Source: Eledone cirrhosa (lineage: Eukaryota). From it: 64,000 nt of DNA. The position numbers were made by a program, and so were the translations under genes. Within the stretch, counting starts at the first letter, position 1; the number at the start of each line of letters is the position of its first letter. The notes below the pieces were generated by a model. It saw only the letters and a program-made list of their open reading frames with translations. It ran no database searches and was not told where the DNA came from. Positions 61,305 through 64,000 of the stretch are shown here, piece by piece. The stretch spans positions 130,758,001 through 130,822,000 of the forward strand of contig OZ024744.1 of NCBI GenBank assembly GCA_964016885.1, given 5' to 3'.

Positions 61305-64000
61305 AATCGGGGTTAAGTTAAGTTGGCGTTATGTTAAGTCAGGCTTAACTTAAGTTGGGGTTCAGTTAAGTTGGGGGTAAGTTAAGTTGGGGGTAAGTTA
61401 AGTTGGGGTTAAGTTAAGTTGCAGTTAAGTTGGGGTTAAGTTAAGTTAGGGTTAAGTTAAGTTGGGGTTGAGTTAAGTTGGGGTTAATTAAGTGGTGGTT
61501 ATGTTAAGTTGGGGTTAATTTAAATTGGGGTTAAGTTAACTTTGTGGTTAAGTTAAGTTGGGGTTAAGTTAAGTTGGGGTTAAGTTGGGGTTGAGTTAAG
61601 TTGGGGTTGAGTGAAGTTGGGGTTAAGTTAAGTTGGGGTAAAGTTAAGTTGGGGTTAAGTTAAGTCGGGGTTAAGTTAAGTTGTGGTTGAGTTAAGTTGG
61701 GGTTAATTTAAGTTGGGGCTAAGTTAATTTGTGGTTAAGTTAAGTTGGGCTTAAGTTAAGTTGGGGTTAAGTTAAGTTGGGGTTGAGTTAAGTTGGGGTT
61801 GAGGTAAGTTGGGGTTAAGTTAAGTTGGGGTCAAGTTAAGTTGGGGTTAAGTTGGGGTTAAGTTAAGTTAGGTTTAAGTTAAGTTGGGGTTAAGTTAAGT
61901 TGGGGTTAAGTTAAGTTGGGGTTAAGTTAAGTTGGGGTTAAGTTAAGTTGGGGTTAAGTTAAGTTGGGGTTAAGTTAAGTCGGGGTTAAGTTAAGTTGGG
62001 GTTAAGTTAAGTTGGGGTTAATTTAAGTTGGGGTTAAATTAAGTTGGGGTTAAGTTAAGTTGGGGTTAAGTTAAGTTGGGGTTAAGTTAAGTTGGGGTTA
62101 AATTAAGTTGGGGTTAAGTTAAGTTGGGGTTAAGTTAAGTTGGTGTTAAGTTAAGTTGGGGCTAAGTTAAGTTGGGGCTGAGTTAAGTTGGGGCTGAGTT
62201 AAGTTGGGGCTAAGTTAAGTTGGGTTTGAGTTAAGTTGGGGTTAAGTTGGGGTTAAGTTAAGTTAGGTTTAAGTTAAGTTGGGGTTAAGTTAAGTTGGGG
62301 TTAAGTTAAGTTGGGGTTAAGTTAAGTTGGGGCTAAGTTAAGTTGGGGCTAAGTTACGTTGGGGTTAAGTTAAGTTGGGGTTAAGTTAAGTCGGGGTTAA
62401 GTTAAGTTGGGGTTAAGTTAAGTTGGGGTTAATTTAAGTTGGGGTTAAGTTAATTTGGGGTTAAGTTAAGTTGGGGTTAAGTTAAGTTGGGGTTAAGTTA
62501 AGTCGGGGTTAATTTAAGTCGGGGTTAAGTTAAGTTAGGGTTCAGTTAAGTTGGGGTTAAGTTAAGTTGGGGTTGAGTTAAGTTGGGGTTGAGTTAAATT
62601 GGGGTTGAGTTAAGTTGGGGTTGAGTTAAGTTGGTGTTGAGTTAAGTTGGGGTTAAGTTAAGTTGGGGTTAAGTTAAGTTGCAGTTAAGTTAAGTTGAGG
62701 TTAAGTTAAGGTGGGGTTAAGTTAAGTCGGGGTTAAGTTAAGTTGTGGTTGAGTTAAGTTGGGGCTGAGTTAAGTTGGGGCTAAGTTAAGTTGGGGTTGA
62801 GTTAAGTTGGGGTTAAGTTGGGGTTAAGTTAAGTCGGGGTTAAGTTAAGTTGTGGTTGAGTTAAGTTGGGGTTAATTTAAGTTGGGGCTAAGTTAATTTG
62901 TGGTTAAGTTAAGTTGGGGTTAAGTTAAGTTGGGGTTAAGTTAAGTTGGGGTTGAGTTAAGTTGGGGTTGAGTTAAGTTGGGGTTAAGTTAAGTTGGGGT
63001 CAAGTTAAGTTGGGGTTAAGTTGGGGTTAAGTTAAGTTAGGTTTAAGTTAAGTTGGGGTTAAGTTAAGTTGGGGTTAAGTTAAGTTGGGGTTAAGTTAAG
63101 TTGGGGTTAAGTTAAGTTGGGGTTAAGTTAATTTGTGGTTAAGTTAAGTTGGGGTTAAGTTAAGTTGGGGTTAAGTTAAGTCGGGGTTAAGTTAAGTTGG
63201 GGTTAAGTTAAGTTGGGGTTAATTTAAGTTGGGGTTAAGTTAAGTTGGGGTTAAATTAAGTTGGGGTTAAGTTAAGTTGGGGTTAAGTTAAGTTGGTGTT
63301 AAGTTAAGTTGGGGCTAAGTTAAGTTGGGGCTGAGTTAAGTTGGGGCTGAGTTAAGTTGGGGCTAAGTTAAGTTGGGGTTGAGTTAAGTTGGGGTTAAGT
63401 TGGGGTTAAGTTAAGTTAGGTTTAAGTTAAGTTGGGGTTAAGTTAAGTTGGGGTTAAGTTAAGTTGGGGTTAAGTTAAGTTGGGGTTAAGTTAAGTTGGG
63501 GTTAAGTTAAGTCGGGGTTAAATTAAGTTGGGGTTAAGTTAAGTTGGGGTTAATTTAAGTTGGGGTTAAGTTATGTTGGGGTTAAGTTAATTGGGGTTAA
63601 GTTAAGTTGGGGATAATTTAAGTTGGGGTTAAGTTAAGTTGGGTTTAAGTTAAGTTGGGGTTAAGTTAAGTTGGGGCTAAGTTAAGTTGGGGCTAAGTTA
63701 AGTTGGGGTTAAGTTAAGTTGGGGTTAAGTTAAGTCGGGGTTAAGTTAAGTTGGGGTTAAGTTAAGTTGGGGTTAATTTAAGTTGGGGTTGAGTTAAGTT
63801 GGTGTTGAGTTAAGTTGGGGTTAAGTTAAGTTGGGGTTAAGTTAAGTTGCAGTTAAGTTAAGTTGGGGTTAAGTTAATTTGGGGTTGAGTTAATTCGGGG
63901 TTAAGTTAAGTTGGGGTCAAGTTAAGTTGGGGTTAAGTTGGGGTTAAGTTAAGTTAGGTTTAAGTTAAGTTGGGGTTAAGTTAAGTTGGGGTTAAGTTAA

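Larger units (their letters stand above)
1..64000 (+). repeat. Satellite array of 16-bp monomer (TTAAGTTAAGTTGGGG)n, G-rich on + strand, running off both ends of the window
   Basis: The monomer TTAAG-TTAAG-TTGGGG is read continuously throughout. Common variants are TTGAG, TTCAG, TTAAT, TTAAA, CTAAG, CTGAG, TCGGGG, TTGTGG, TTGGTG and TTGAGG, plus the 11-bp TTAAGTTGGGG. No non-repeat sequence was seen. Confidence 0.99.
58621..64000 (+). repeat. ~7.98-kb higher-order repeat, copy 4 (truncated by window end)
   Basis: Near-identical to 50657-56020. Confidence 0.9.

Noticed and set aside
1-64000. Protein-coding ORFs
   Set aside because: TTAA gives TAA on both strands twice per 16-bp monomer, and 16 is not a multiple of 3, so all six frames are stopped every few codons.
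1-64000. Active telomerase-synthesised telomere tract
   Set aside because: Kilobase-scale copying of variant patterns and internal inversions are inconsistent with de novo templated addition. Only the motif resemblance is kept as a finding.
1-64000. Promoters, terminators, tRNA or rRNA
   Set aside because: No supporting sequence was found. Hairpins and AT-rich words are by-products of the repeat.

Overview
The whole 64 kb is one non-coding, G-rich satellite array. The monomer is 16 bp, TTAAGTTAAGTTGGGG (about 4,000 copies), with recurrent point variants and 11-, 13- and 15-bp length variants. I found no genes, RNAs, transposon remnants or unique sequence. The array is highly organised. It contains 21 short inverted (C-strand) cassettes of 175 bp (type A, 13 copies) or 200 bp (type B, 8 copies), all descended from one inversion event. 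Each cassette begins at a spacer-less palindrome centred on GGGGTT|AACCCC. These cassettes and the diagnostic monomer variants reveal a ~7,980-bp higher-order repeat (HOR) at both ends of the window. Between them lies a central domain (~18.4-45.6 kb) dominated by a different ~2.4-2.7 kb unit, with 7,083-bp and 21,098-bp offset duplications. The sequence looks like eukaryotic telomere-like satellite DNA (centromeric, subtelomeric or interstitial) expanded by recombination, not by telomerase. Organism and chromosomal location cannot be determined from the sequence. All coordinates and offsets were counted by hand.
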